From: Macrostomum lignano
Taxonomy: Eukaryota
Assembly (NCBI GenBank): GCA_002269645.1
Contig: NIVC01000334.1
Span: 62,001 to 126,000, forward strand
DNA: 64,000 nt
Direction: 5' to 3'
The position numbers and the translations under genes were made by a program. Below the pieces are notes generated by a model. It was not told the origin of the DNA. It was given only the letters and a program-made list of their open reading frames with translations, and did no database searches. Positions 1 through 13,732 of the stretch are shown here, piece after piece. How positions within the stretch are numbered: the stretch's first letter is position 1; each line of letters opens with the position of its first letter.

Positions 1-320
1 GGGGGGGTGCTAAATAAATCATAACCTTCCATACTCTCAGAATAGCCTGCCAATACGAGGGCGTTAGTCTTAGACGTCAGCCTGCACTCCTGCTATACGG
101 TACTGAATTTGGTTGAATCTCTGTTCTAAAATAGTTAAGGTGACGAGGGCCTGTGTCCGAGTTTGCAAGGAGTTGGGATCAGGAGTATTTTCTAGTGGGG
201 ATGAGAGCTGCTGAGCAGGCAAAGTAAACACTGGAGCTGCAGCAATATGGCTGTAGGATTGATTGCTGATCGATAAATGGGCTCTGAGACAGGCAGAAAG
301 ACAGACACTCTGACCGACAG

Positions 321-322
321 CC

Positions 323-362
<40 letters not shown>
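321..362. repeat. (AGAC)n microsatellite
   Basis: Direct reading of cagacagacagac...acaaac. Confidence 0.95.
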
Positions 363-363
<1 letters not shown>

Positions 364-3300
364 CTCTTACGACTGTCTGTGTGTTTAGCGGGACCTGAGT
401 TATGTTAATGCGTTACGTGGACCACGCAATTCCGGTTAAAAAATAGTCTGTTTTGACAACGCGAAAGGCTAGCTAGGGTTATCTTTTTGTTAACTTGACG
501 GAATAGCCAGTTCGGGGAAACTGTGGTGGTTCACTAACTACGTTTTGGGGACCGGGTTAGGTGGACCGCAAAAAACAGTTGGTTTAGTTAGACCTCTTTC
601 GTTGTAGAAAATTTATTGCTTTAAACTGTTCTTTTGAACTAATTAAAACAGAAATTCTCAAAAAGAACAGATAAAAGGGTTACGACGTCATTTAATGAAA
701 ATATCCCAAGTTCAAACCAATTTATTTAGCATTATTAATCGGGTTAATCGGGTTAAACAAATGTACGATCGCATTAGTTAGTTGCGTCGCGTGAATACAA
801 GAAGGTGAATGAAAATAAAGCTTTTTGAAAATAAATACCGAATCATATCAAATACTAACTGTAAACTCATTAAAACTAATTTAGGTCAAAATGTATGCTT
901 CAAATACATGTTAACAAACGTAAGATTCCATTAGTTAAAAAAGGTCATCCGAGTACGAGCCTACAAGAAGTTGAAGGGCATTTTTAATAACGACAAAAGT
1001 TACTAAAACTGAAATTAAATTGATTTGACTACATCAGTCCTATTATACTGAATGAGTTGGTGAGCAATCATATGATAAGCCAATCATTTTACCGACTTTC
1101 ATCTTTTCGTTCACGCAGATGATGGCTTAATCTTCTTATTTTTTCTACGAAATATTCTCCTGGACCTTCCCTGCCTCCGTGGTCCGGGACCGCTTCTGTT
1201 ATTGATCTGTCATTGCCTCTCTCACGAATTTCAGCTTACTCAGCCATCGAATCCGCTTTCGTCAGCTCAGCTCTATGATGAACCTTTCTATATTTCTCGT
1301 CAATTAGTGGTTTGAATCTTCTTTTACAGTTCGTTTTAACCTTCATCTCGGTGAAACGCAGTCAGTCTCGTCGAGCTCAGGCGAACAAAATCAACCACAG
1401 GCTCCTACAAAGGTAGAAAATAAAAATAACTGACAATCAAACAGACACAGAAATCTGTTCCAGTTGTGTCTGTAGTTTATGTGGACCACCTGAGAGCCAG
1501 AGCCTCAAACAGACAGAGAAATCTGTTCGAGTTGTGTCTGTAGGTTAGGTGGACCACCTTCTGAGAGCCAAAGCTCAAACAGACTGAGAGAGCTGCTTCA
1601 GTTGTGTCTGTAGGTTATGTGGACCACCTAAGAGCCAGAGCCTCAAACAGACAGAGAAATCTGTTCGAGTTGTGTCTGTAGGTTAGGTGGACCAGCTACT
1701 CCAAAGCACTTCTAGGCGATAATCTGAGCCAGGAATCTCCGAGAGCCTCTCGTTACACATCCAGATGTTCTACCTTGATGCTGGACTAGCTCACTTTCTA
1801 GGAATCTGTTCTGATTGCATTCTAACAAACTGAAGCATTCTCGGCACTAAACTTTCTCGGCGGCTCTGAGAGCCAGAGCCTCAAACAGACAGAGAAATCT
1901 GTTCGAGTTGTGTCTGTAGGTTAGGTGGACCAGCTACTCCAAAGCACTTCTAGGCGAGAATCTGAGCCAGGAATCTCCGAGAGCCTCTCGTTACACATCC
2001 AGATGTTCTACCTTGATGCTGGACTAGCTCACTTTCTAGGAATCTGTTCTGATTGCATTCTAACAAACTGAAGCATTCTCGGCACTAAACTTTCTCGGCG
2101 GCTCTGAGAGCCAGAGCCTCAAACAGACAGAGAAATCTGTTCGAGTTGTGTCTGTAGGTTAGGTGGACCAGCTACTCCAAAGCACTTCTAGGCGATAATC
2201 TGAGCCAGGAATCTCCGAGAGCCTCTCGTTACACATCCAGATGTTCTACCTTGATGCTGGACTAGCTCACTTTCTAGGAATCTGTTCTGATTGCATTCTA
2301 ACAAACTGAAGCATTCTCGGCACTAAACTTTCTCGGCGGCTCTGAGAGCCAGAGCCTCAAACAGACAGAGAAATCTGTTCGAGTTGTGTCTGTAGGTTAG
2401 GTGGACCAGCTACTCCAAAGCACTTCTAGGCGAGAATCTGAGCCAGGAATCTCCGAGAGCCTCTCGTTACACATCCAGATGTTCTGCCTTGATGCTGGAC
2501 TAGCTCACTTTCTAGGAATCTGTTCTGATTGCATTCTAACAAACTGAAGCATTCTCGGCACTAAACTTTCTCGGCGGCTCTGAGAGCCAGAGCCTCAAAC
2601 AGACAGAGAAATATGTTCGAGTTGTGTCTGTAGGTTAGGTGGACCAGATACTCCAAAGCACTTCTAGGCGATAATCTGAGCCAGGAATCTCCGAGAGCCT
2701 CTCGTTACACATCCAGATGTTCTACCTTGATGCTGGACTAGCTCACTTTCTAGGAATCTGTTCTGATTGCATTCTAACAAACTGAAGCATTCTCGGCACT
2801 AAACTTTCTCGGCGGCTCTGAGAGCCAGAGCCTCAAACAGACAGAGAAATCTGTTCGAGTTGTGTCTGTAGGTTAGGTGGACCAGCTACTCCAAAGCACT
2901 TCTAGGCGAGAATCTGAGCCAGGAATCTCCGAGAGCCTCTCGTTACACATCCAGATGTTCTACCTTGATGCTGGACTAGCTCACTTTCTAGGAATCTGTT
3001 CTGATTGCATTCTAACAAACTGAAGCATTCTCGGCACTAAACTTTCTCGGCGGCTCTGAGAGCCAGAGCCTCAAACAGACAGAGAAATCTGTTCGAGTTG
3101 TGTCTGTAGGTTAGGTGGACCAGCTACTCCAAAGCACTTCTAGGCGATAATCTGAGCCAGGAATCTCCGAGAGCCTCTCGTTACACATCCAGATGTTCTA
3201 CCTTGATGCTGGACTAGCTCACTTTCTAGGAATCTGTTCTGATTGCATTCTAACAAACTGAAGCATTCTCGGCACTAAACTTTCTCGGCGGCTCTGAGAG

Positions 3301-6300
3301 CCAGAGCCTCAAACAGACAGAGAAATATGTTCGAGTTGTGTCTGTAGGTTAGGTGGACCAGATACTCCAAAGCACTTCTAGGCGAGAATCTGAGCCAGGA
3401 ATCTCCGAGAGCCTCTCGTTACACATCCAGATGTTCTGCCTTGATGCTGGACTAGCTCACTTTCTAGGAATCTGTTCTGATTGCATTCTAACAAACTGAA
3501 GCATTCTCGGCACTAAACTTTCTCGGCGGCTCTGAGAGCCAGAGCCTCAAACAGACAGAGAAATCTGTTCGAGTTGTGTCTGTAGGTTAGGTGGACCAGC
3601 TACTCCACAGCACTTCTAGGCGATAATCTGAGCCAGGAATCTCCGAGAGCCTCTCGTTACACATCCAGATGTTCTACCTTGATGCTGGACTAGCTCACTT
3701 TCTAGGAATCTGTTCTGATTGCATTCTAACAAACTGAAGAATTCTCGGTACTAAACTTTCTCGGCGGCTCTGAGAGCCAGAGCCTCAAACAGACAGAGAA
3801 ATCTGTTCGAGTTGTGTCTGTAGGTTAGGTGGACCACCTTCTGAGAGCCAAAGCCTCAAACAGACTGAAAGAGCTGCTTCAGTTGTGTCTGTAGGTTATG
3901 TGGACCACCTAAGAGCCAGAGCCTCAGACAGACAGAGAAATCTGTTCGAGTTGTGTCTGTAGATTAGGTGGACCAGCTATTCTACAGCACTTCTAGGCGA
4001 TAATCTGAGCCAGGAATCTCCGAGAGCCTCTCGTTACACATCCAGATGTTCTGCCTTGATGCTGGACTAGCTCACTTTCTAGGAATCTGTTCTGATTGCA
4101 TTCTAACAAACTGAAGCATTCTCGGCACTAAACTTTCTCGGCGGCTCTGAGATCCAGAGCCTCAAACAGACAGAAATCTGTTCGAGTTGTGTCTGTAGGT
4201 TAGGTGGACCACCTTCTGAGAGCCAAAGCTCAAACAGACTGAGAGAGCTGCTTCAGTTGTGTCTGTAGGTTATGTGGACCACCTAAGAGCCAGAGCCTCA
4301 AACAGACAGAAATCTGTTCGAGTTGTGTCTGTAGGTTAGGTGGACCAGCTACTCCAAAGCACTTCTAGGCGAGAATCTGAGCCAGGAATCTCCGAGAGCC
4401 TCTCGTTACACATCCAGATGTTCTACCTTGATGCTGGACTAGCTCACTTTCTAGGAATATGTTCTGATTGCATTCTAACAAACTGAAGCATTCTCGGCAC
4501 TAAACTTTCTCGGCGGCTCTGAGATCCAGAGCCTCAAACAGACAGAGAAATCTGTTCGAGTTGTGTCTGTAGGTTAGGTGGACCAGCTACTCCAAAGCAC
4601 TTCTAGGCGATAATCTGAGCCAGGAATCTCCAAGAGCCTCTCGTTACACATCCAGATGTTCTACCTTGATGCTGGACTTGCTCACTTTCTAGGAATCTGT
4701 TCTGATTGCATTCTAACAAACTGAAGCATTCTCGGCACTAAACTTTCTCGGCGGCTCTGAGATCCAGAGCCTCAAACAGACAGAGAAATCTGTTCGAGTT
4801 GTGTCTGTAGGTTAGGTGGACCAGATATTCCAAAGCACTTCTAGGCGATAATCTGAGCCAGGAATCTCCGAGAGCCTCTCGTTACACATCCAGATGTTCT
4901 GCCTTGATGCTGGACTAGCTCACTTTCTAGGAATCTGTTCTGATTGCATTCTAACAAACTGAAGCATTCTCGGCACTAAACTTTCTCGGCGGCTCTGAGA
5001 TCCAGAGCCTCAAACAGACAGAGAAATCTGTTCGAGTTGTGTCTGTAGGTTAGGTGGACCAGCTACTCCAAAGCACTTCTAGGCGATAATCTGAGCCAGG
5101 AATCTCCAAGAGCCTCTCGTTACACATCCAGATGTTCTACCTTGATGCTGGACTTGCTCACTTTCTAGGAATCTGTTCTGATTGCATTCTAACAAACTGA
5201 AGCATTCTCGGCACTAAACTTTCTCGGCGGCTCTGAGATCCAGAGCCTCAAACAGACAGAGAAATCTGTTCGAGTTGTGTCTGTAGGTTAGGTGGACCAG
5301 ATACTCCAAAGCACTTCTAGGCGATAATCTGAGCCAGGAATCTCCGAGAGCCTCTCGTTACACATCCAGATGTTCTGCCTTGATGCTGGACTAGCTCACT
5401 TTCTAGGAATCTGTTCTGATTGCATTCTAACAAACTGAAGCATTCTCGGCACTAAACTTTCTCGGCGGCTCTGAGAGCCAGAGCCTCAAACAGACAGAGA
5501 AATCTGTTCGAGTTGTGTCTGTAGGTTAGGTGGACCACCTTCTGAGAGCCAAAGCCTCAAACAGACTGAAAGAGCTGCTTCAGTTGTGTCTGTAGGTTAT
5601 GTGGACCACCTAAGAGCCAGAGCCTCAGACAGACAGAGAAATCTGTTCGAGTTGTGTCTGTAGATTAGGTGGACCAGCTATTCTACAGCACTTCTAGGCG
5701 ATAATCTGAGCCAGGAATCTCCGAGAGCCTCTCGTTACACATCCAGATGTTCTGCCTTGATGCTGGACTAGCTCACTTTCTAGGAATCTGTTCTGATTGC
5801 ATTCTAACAAACTGAAGCATTCTCGGCACTAAACTTTCTCGGCGGCTCTGAGATCCAGAGCCTCAAACAGACAGAAATCTGTTCGAGTTGTGTCTGTAGG
5901 TTAGGTGGACCACCTTCTGAGAGCCAAAGCTCAAACAGACTGAGAGAGCTGCTTCAGTTGTGTCTGTAGGTTATGTGGACCACCTAAGAGCCAGAGCCTC
6001 AAACAGACAGAAATCTGTTCGAGTTGTGTCTGTAGGTTAGGTGGACCAGCTACTCCAAAGCACTTCTAGGCGAGAATCTGAGCCAGGAATCTCCGAGAGC
6101 CTCTCGTTACACATCCAGATGTTCTACCTTGATGCTGGACTAGCTCACTTTCTAGGAATATGTTCTGATTGCATTCTAACAAACTGAAGCATTCTCGGCA
6201 CTAAACTTTCTCGGCGGCTCTGAGATCCAGAGCCTCAAACAGACAGAGAAATCTGTTCGAGTTGTGTCTGTAGGTTAGGTGGACCAGCTACTCCAAAGCA

Positions 6301-9300
6301 CTTCTAGGCGATAATCTGAGCCAGGAATCTCCAAGAGCCTCTCGTTACACATCCAGATGTTCTACCTTGATGCTGGACTTGCTCACTTTCTAGGAATCTG
6401 TTCTGATTGCATTCTAACAAACTGAAGCATTCTCGGCACTAAACTTTCTCGGCGGCTCTGAGATCCAGAGCCTCAAACAGACAGAGAAATCTGTTCGAGT
6501 TGTGTCTGTAGGTTAGGTGGACCAGATATTCCAAAGCACTTCTAGGCGATAATCTGAGCCAGGAATCTCCGAGAGCCTCTCGTTACACATCCAGATGTTC
6601 TGCCTTGATGCTGGACTAGCTCACTTTCTAGGAATCTGTTCTGATTGCATTCTAACAAACTGAAGCATTCTCGCACTAAACTTTCTCGGCGGCTCTGAGA
6701 TCCAGAGCCTCAAACAGACAGAGAAATCTGTTCGAGTTGTGTCTGTAGGTTAGGTGGACCAGCTACTCCAAAGCACTTCTAGGCGATAATCTGAGCCAGG
6801 AATCTCCAAGAGCCTCTCGTTACACATCCAGATGTTCTACCTTGATGCTGGACTTGCTCACTTTCTAGGAATCTGTTCTGATTGCATTCTAACAAACTGA
6901 AGCATTCTCGGCACTAAACTTTCTCGGCGGCTCTGAGATCCAGAGCCTCAAACAGACAGAGAAATCTGTTCGAGTTGTGTCTGTAGGTTAGGTGGACCAG
7001 ATACTCCAAAGCACTTCTAGGCGATAATCTGAGCCAGGAATCTCCGAGAGCCTCTCGTTACACATCCAGATGTTCTACCTTGATGCTGGACTAGCTCACT
7101 TTCTAGGAATCTGTTCTGATTGCATTCTAACAAACTGAAGCATTCTCGGCACTAAACTTTCTCGGCGGCTCTGAGAGCCAGAGCCTCAAACAGACAGAGA
7201 AATATGTTCGAGTTGTGTCTGTAGGTTAGGTGGACCAGCTACTCCAAAGCACTTCTAGGCGATAATCTGAGCCAGGAATCTCCAAGAGCCTCTCGTTACA
7301 CATCCAGATGTTCTACCTTGATGCTTGACTAGCTCACTTTCTAGGAATCTGTTCTGATTGCATTCTAACAAACTGAAGCATTTTCTGCACTAAACTTTCT
7401 CGGCGGCTCTAAGAGCCAGAGCCTAAACAGACAGAGAAATCTGTTTGAGTTGTGTCTGTAGGTTAGGTGGACCACCTTCTGAGAGCCAAAGCTCAAACAG
7501 ACTGAGAGAGCTGCTTCAGTTGTGTCTGTAGGTTATTTGGACCACCTAAGAGCCAGAGCCTCAAACAGACAGAGAAATCTGTTCGAGTTGTGTCTGTAGA
7601 TTAGGTGGACCAGCTATTCTACAGCACTTCTAGGCGATAATCTGAGCCAGGAATCTCCGAGAGCCTCTCGTTACACATCCAGATGTTCTGCCTTGATGCT
7701 GGACTAGCTCACTTTCTAGGAATCTGTTCTGATTGCATTCTAACAAACTGAAGCATTCTCGGCACTAAACTTTCTCGGCGGCTCTGAGATCCAGAGCCTC
7801 AAACAGACAGAGAAATCTGTTCGAGTTGTGTCTGTAGGTTAGGTGGACCAGATACTCCAAAGCACTTCTAGGCGATAATCTGAGCCAGGAATCTCCGAGA
7901 GCCTCTCGTTACACATCCAGATGTTCTGCCTTGATGCTGGACTAGCTCACTTTCTAGGAATCTGTTCTGATTGCATTCTAACAAACTGAAGCATTCTCGG
8001 CACTAAACTTTCTCGGCGGCTCTGAGAGCCAGAGCCTCAAACAGACAGAGAAATCTGTTCGAGTTGTGTCTGTAGGTTAGGTGGACCACCTTCTGAGAGC
8101 CAAAGCCTCAAACAGACTGAGAGAGCTGATTCAGTTGTGTCTGTAGGTTAGGTGGACCAGCTTCTCTACAGCAATTGAGTTGCAGGCCTTGCAGCTAGCT
8201 ACTTTGAGATCATCAAACGAAACTCACTTTTCTGGACTCGGTGTCGACGGATTTGCGAGCAGACTGATGATTTTCACCAGGCGATGCGGCTTCTTCGATT
8301 TCGCAGTGGCTTTTTGCGACGGTGTTTTTTTAGTTTTTATTTTAGGCTTGGCGTCCTTTTTTGCGGGTCATCATATCTTGGTTGTAGATTACAGTTTTTG
8401 GCACAATAAATTTATATATGGATGAAACTTGGAGTAAGGATTAACATTAGACCTATTAAGTATAAAAAACCGTTCTAATCTATACAATTGCAATCCTTTA
8501 GAGTTGTATAGTATGGATTATAAGTACTTTCTTTTAAACTGTCTGTGTCTGGTCTCACTACGCCATGGTTTACGTGGACCACCCGCTTAGACATTATATA
8601 TCCCTCTCTCCACTGTCTTACCTTCAGAACGCTTGCGGGTTTCCTATTGGCTGCGGTCGGTCCCATTGTTGGGGTGGATCTATCCTCCTAAGTGTTAACC
8701 AGCCAATTATAGAAAGGGAGGTCTGTCTGTCTGTCTGTTCCAACCCTATACTCCTGCACATGTGTTTACGTGGACCAAACAGACAGTGAGTGTTAGGCCG
8801 ACTGTTAATGCGTTCTTAGTTTTACTGGGACCGCAATCAAGTCGACCTTTTGCTAGAGAGTCAGAGACCCGATCGCTAGCTAAAAGGCCCTTCTTAATTG
8901 CGTCCTCTTGATCAAATCTTTTGCATGTACATGTATGAATTGTCCTTTTCAATTAGGTAAATTGCATCTTCAACTTTGCACTTGAAAGGCTGCAGCTTAG
9001 GATCTTCTTCTTCCAATATTGGAGGAGGATAGAACAGTATATCCCATAGTGTTTAGTATAGAATTGTTGGCAAGCACTTAATTCATGAAGTTGCTATTTT
9101 CTTCTTGTGTAATGGTAGAGCCTCAGAAATTCGCATTTACACAGTGTGGCTATCAAGGACCACTGGGAGTTCTTGAGAAGTCATTGAAGAATACTATTTA
9201 AGCTTCACTTAAATATCTTTCTTGTCTCGGAGTCTTTATCGTTTGATCTGGTTCGCGAATTGGATTTCTCAGATTCAGAGTACGATACCGAAATTGCTGG

Positions 9301-9858
9301 AACTGAGCTAATCAAATTCATTTCGCATACGAGGTTTCAGAATTTTAAATTAACCTTCGTACCTACTTGAATGTCAAAGAACTGAACGCATATTGTTTTA
9401 AAGCCAGTAGCGGTCATAATATGATGCCAACATAGCCCTTTGTTCGTAAGGTAATGATCTGTAAAAAAATCAGTTTTGCATTGAATCTATGCTTAATAAC
9501 TGCTATACACAAACAGACACAAACAGACACAAACAGACACAAACAGACGATTTTCGAAAAATTTTCTAAAATTTTTCGGTTTACGTGGACCAGACTCGCT
9601 CGGTTTAGGTAGACCAGGCTGGAGGTCCAGCTAAACTGAAATGCAAATAACTTTGGAAAAAACCATGCTAGACGTCCCAAAATTGCTTAAGCCTTTCTTG
9701 ACCCGCCTGACATTAATGTGAGATCCTCATCAACGTCTTAACCCCACCAGAGACAAAATTATTTGGTGGTCCACCTAAGTGGTCTACCTACACCGGGTGG
9801 TCCAGCTAACGAGGCTACTGAACTTCCAAAAAGTCCACGTAAACACACAGACAGTAGA
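363..9858. mobile_element. Putative non-autonomous TIR element (or HINE/pearl-like Helentron derivative) carrying a satellite array, inside a bestrophin intron
   Basis: Inverted termini: ctgtctgtgtgtttagcgggac (373-393) vs reverse complement of gtccacgtaaacacacagacag (9833-9854), with the first 15 nt identical. ACAAAC occurs on both sides (357-362, 9859-9864). The motif TTA(C/G/T)GTGGACC repeats forward along the element and is inverted at 9765-9842. No transposase ORF recognised. Confidence 0.45.
1435..8160. repeat. 238-bp tandem satellite (about two dozen units) with interspersed ~60-70 bp sub-units and a 1701-bp higher-order duplication
   Basis: gctctgag recurs at 1863, 2101, 2339 (period 238). 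Diagnostic variants recur 1701 bp apart (ggaccaccttctgag at 3831 and 5532; gaatatgttctg near 4456 and 6157). Confidence 0.95.
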
Positions 9859-10097
<239 letters not shown>

Positions 10098-10124
10098 GCA
10101 GCTATACCATCATCCCTCACTCAC

Positions 10125-10306
10125 TTCTTCTGAACGGGAGACTGCAGCAGCAGTCGGTACACGCAGCTCGTTGCCGTATAGAGCACGCAGAAGATGAGCA
10201 GTTCGCGGAAGACCAGTTTATAGACTGACGCCCGCCAGATGCCCAGCAGGCGGGCGAGGCCGAGCAGCTTCACTGAGCCGACCCGATAGGAATACGAGTA
10301 GGTCAT
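10125..10306 (-). CDS. BEST: Bestrophin family chloride channel, first coding exon; remaining exons not found in the window
   Basis: MTYSYSYRVGSVKLLGLARLLGIWRASVYKLVFRELLIFCVLY matches the bestrophin N-terminus (MTxxY...LLxxWRGSIYKL..E.LIF). Donor AAGAA|GTGAGT at 10125/10124; acceptor ctgtag| 11 nt upstream of the ATG. Confidence 0.88.
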
Positions 10307-11649
10307 GACCGCTCAATCTACAGTGAAATATAAGTGATTCCTATGGACCTTAAATCGATCAATAATAAAGGACAGTGTTTCGTATTTAAAAAAATATATT
10401 ACTGGATTCAGCTGGCTGAAACCGGAGTCGGGGGGAGGCAGGCAGGCAGACAGACAGACGGAGGGGCTTGGATGGGGTCACCCTCAGCTAGTAGAACCCC
10501 AAGATAGAAAGTAAACGCCAGGAGGTGAGAGAAAAACGAAGCAGACAGAAGTAGAGAGGGAGAGGAAGAGAATCGCAAAACTGTGCGTGGGAGTGCTTAA
10601 GGGCAGTAAAAAACACAGCAAACTGCCTGACTGTTGGGGCCACCCTCATTTGCTCGACCCCGGGCTGATGACTAACCTTGTGCCGCTCCGCCGCCGCCAA
10701 CAAAATAGGCCAGTCTATTCGGGCTTATTCAACACTACTACTGCTTGGGCTTATTTATATTATAGAGAGAGAGAGACGGAACTCTATTCACTGGTTGTGA
10801 GAGTCTGGGAGACCGTACAAAATTGAGATCTCCAAGGAGAGTCTCTTGCTTGGTATTGGACAAGATTGGACACACTGGAAGGCTCTCTCTCTCTCTCTCT
10901 ATCTCTCATATATAACGGGCAGGGCATGCTGGCTGAGCTTGTGTATAAGGAGGATGACTCTCTCCTCTCCTCTCCCCTCGCCCTCTCTCCCCTGTACAGG
11001 GCAGAGTGTACTGTACAGGGCTTTGGACCTAGCGCCGCCCACGCTCCCCGCCTGCCCTCAGGAGACCTCGTCACTCTCTGCCTCCTCCCCCTCTGCCCAA
11101 TTGCCGTCTTTCTGCCTCCGACACCGCTGGCCTCCCCTCCATCGCTAAATACATTCCACAGGCCGCCGAATCGGGCTCTTATTACTCCGCCCTTCCCTCG
11201 GCCGAACTCTCTCTCTCAATGCTCATTTTAGCGTGATGCGTTTATATATATGCGAAATGTATTAAAAAATTAGAAGATTTATCAGCAGCCAGCCAGTTGA
11301 ACTTAAGTACGGCTCGAACGCGAAAATAGCAAACAAAAAAACAACAAATTGCATAGCCCCTAGGCGACCGCCATAGCTATTAGTACACGCGGAGGCGATT
11401 GCGCGTAAACATAGTGTTCCTGTCTGTTGGCAGGATAAATGAACTGCGTGGGATTGGAACTATTGGGTTTGGGTAATAGATGAATGCATGGAAGGAGATG
11501 GATTATTGCCTCCAGATATGCACCAGGCGACCAATGTTGCAGAAGTCATGTCTAGTGCTGAATTTAGCGAAGCGCAGTTATCATATACGAGTACAGAGTG
11601 CCTTAAAAAGTACTACGTACTAGAGTGACTAGGGAGAGTGCCCACACAG

Positions 11650-13020
11650 AAGAGTGCCAGAATACAGAACAGAGTGCAGCAGAGTGCCAGAATACAGAAC
11701 AGAGTGCAGCAGAGAGTGCCAGAATACAGAACAGAGTGCAGCAGAGAGTGCCAGAATACAGAACAGAGTGCAGCAGAGAGTGCCAGAATACAGAACAGAG
11801 TGCAGCAGAGAGTGCCAGAATACAGAACAGAGTGCAGCAGAGAGTGCCAGAATACAGAACAGAGTGCAGCAGAGAGTGCCAGAATACAGAACAGAGTGCA
11901 GCAGAGAGTGCCAGAATACAGAACAGAGTGCAGCAGAGAGTGCCAGAATACAGAACAGAGTACAGCAGAGAGTGCCAGAATACAGAATGGAGTGCAGCAG
12001 AGAGTGCCAGAATACAGAGTGCAGCAGAGTGCCAGAATACAGAGTGCAGCAGAGTGCCAGAATACAGAATGAAGTGCAGCAGAGAGTGCCAGAATACAGA
12101 GTGCAGCAGAGTGCCAGAATACAGAATGGACTGCAGCAGAGAGTGCCAGAATACAGAGTGCAGCAGAGTGCCGGAATACAGAATGAAGTGCAGCAGAGAG
12201 TGCCAGAATACAGAACAGAGTGCAGCAGAGAGTGCCAGAATACAGAACAGAGTGCAGCAGAGAGTGCCAGAATACAGAACAGAGTGCAGCAGAGAGTGCC
12301 AGAATACAGAACAGAGTGCAGCAGAGAGTGCCAGAATACAGAACAGAGTACAGCAGAGAGTGCCAGAATACAGAATGGAGTGCAGCAGAGAGTGCCAGAA
12401 TAGAGTGCAGCAGAGTGCCAGAATACAGAATGAAGTGCAGCAGAGAGTGCCAGAATACAGAGTGCAGCAGAGTGCCAGAATACAGAATGGACTGCAGCAG
12501 AGAGTGCCAGAATACAGAGTGCAGCAGAGTGCCAGAATACAGAATGAAGTGCAGCAGAGAGTGCCAGAATACAGAGTGCAGCAGAGTGACAGAATACAGA
12601 GTGCAGCAGAGAGTGCCAGAATACAGAACAGAGTGCAGCAGAGAGTGCCAGAATACAGAACAGAGTGCAGCAGAGAGTGCCAGAATACAGAACAGAGTAC
12701 AGCAGAGAGTGCCAGAATACAGAATGGAGTGCAGCAGAGAGTGCCAGAATACAGAGTGCAGCAGAGTGCCAGAATACAGAATGAAGTGCAGCAGAGAGTG
12801 CCAGAATACAGAGTGCAGCAGAGTGCCAGAATACAGAATGGACTGCAGCAGAGAGTGCCAGAATACAGAGTGCAGCAGAGTGCCAGAATACAGAATGAAG
12901 TGCAGCAGAGAGTGCCAGAATACAGAGTGCAGCAGAGTGCCAGAATACAGAGTGCAGCAGAGAGTGCCAGAATACAGAAGAGTGCAGCAGAGTGCCAGAA
13001 TACAGAACAGAGTGCCAGAG
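11650..13020. repeat. ~32-bp minisatellite (agagtgccagaatacagaacagagtgcagcag) with shorter variants
   Basis: Direct periodicity, e.g. gtgcc at 11716 and 11748. Confidence 0.95.
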
Positions 13021-13732
13021 TGTCTGTGCATAACAATGCGCAGATCCAAGCGCCCGAAAAGGCGGAAAAGTCGCACGGAGTCACATGCATGAGATGAGAG
13101 GCTAGATACTGATCTCGCAATCATGGCATATCACACAGCGGCAGAGAAACGCTGTGTAATAATCATTGGCGGAAATCAGTCCAGGCCTTGAACCACTAAG
13201 CAGTTTAAACAAGCCCAGCTCCAAAGGCTGATGCGTTCAAGAAATGCCAATTGAAAAGCTTTAAAAAATGTAGGATGAAAAAACAGAGGCCTTGAATGCA
13301 AGATTAGATTTGCAATGGCTCGGCACACAGACCTGCTAAAAGCCAATAGAAAAAGTACCAGATGACACCCGTCAAAGGCCATCAGTGTATATTTATAATC
13401 CTAGTAAAAGCAGTCATTGCAGGTTCAGAAACCATTTTTGCCAAAGTAGCAGATACTTGTAGTGTACATGTCTGATGAAGAGGCGACTGTTGCGTCACAA
13501 GCGCGTCACGCAAATTGCAGAATTGTAAAAGAGTCGCGCGAAAGAGTCGTCCAAGAATCGTTGTGTTGAAGCTTAACTTTCTACTAACTCAGTAGGCTAG
13601 TTAGAGTGCAATTGGAGTTCAAAAAGGCTAAAACTGAGCGCTTATTGTGTAACTGTAACTTGTGACGCACTAACGATTCTACCCTAAAGCGCTTCTTCTG
13701 CAACTTTTTAGCGCCTTGGAGAATCGCTCCAG

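Noticed and set aside
70-364. Minus-strand ORFs with a faint GIY-YIG-like look (CCSSSVYFAC, TLTILEQ), also examined as possible bestrophin exon 2
   Set aside because: They start in the microsatellite, lack the YIG/HF/catalytic motifs in any one frame and show no bestrophin similarity.
1435-8160. 238-bp array as a CRISPR array, retrozyme/hammerhead satellite or telomeric repeat
   Set aside because: No unique spacers, eukaryotic context and no cas genes; no CUGANGA...GAAA core on either strand of the unit; TTAGG occurs only as an isolated motif.
8180-9360. Short ORFs and Lys-rich minus-strand peptides inside the TIR element as a transposase
   Set aside because: Fragments are short, stop-ridden and show no DDE or Rep/Hel motif.
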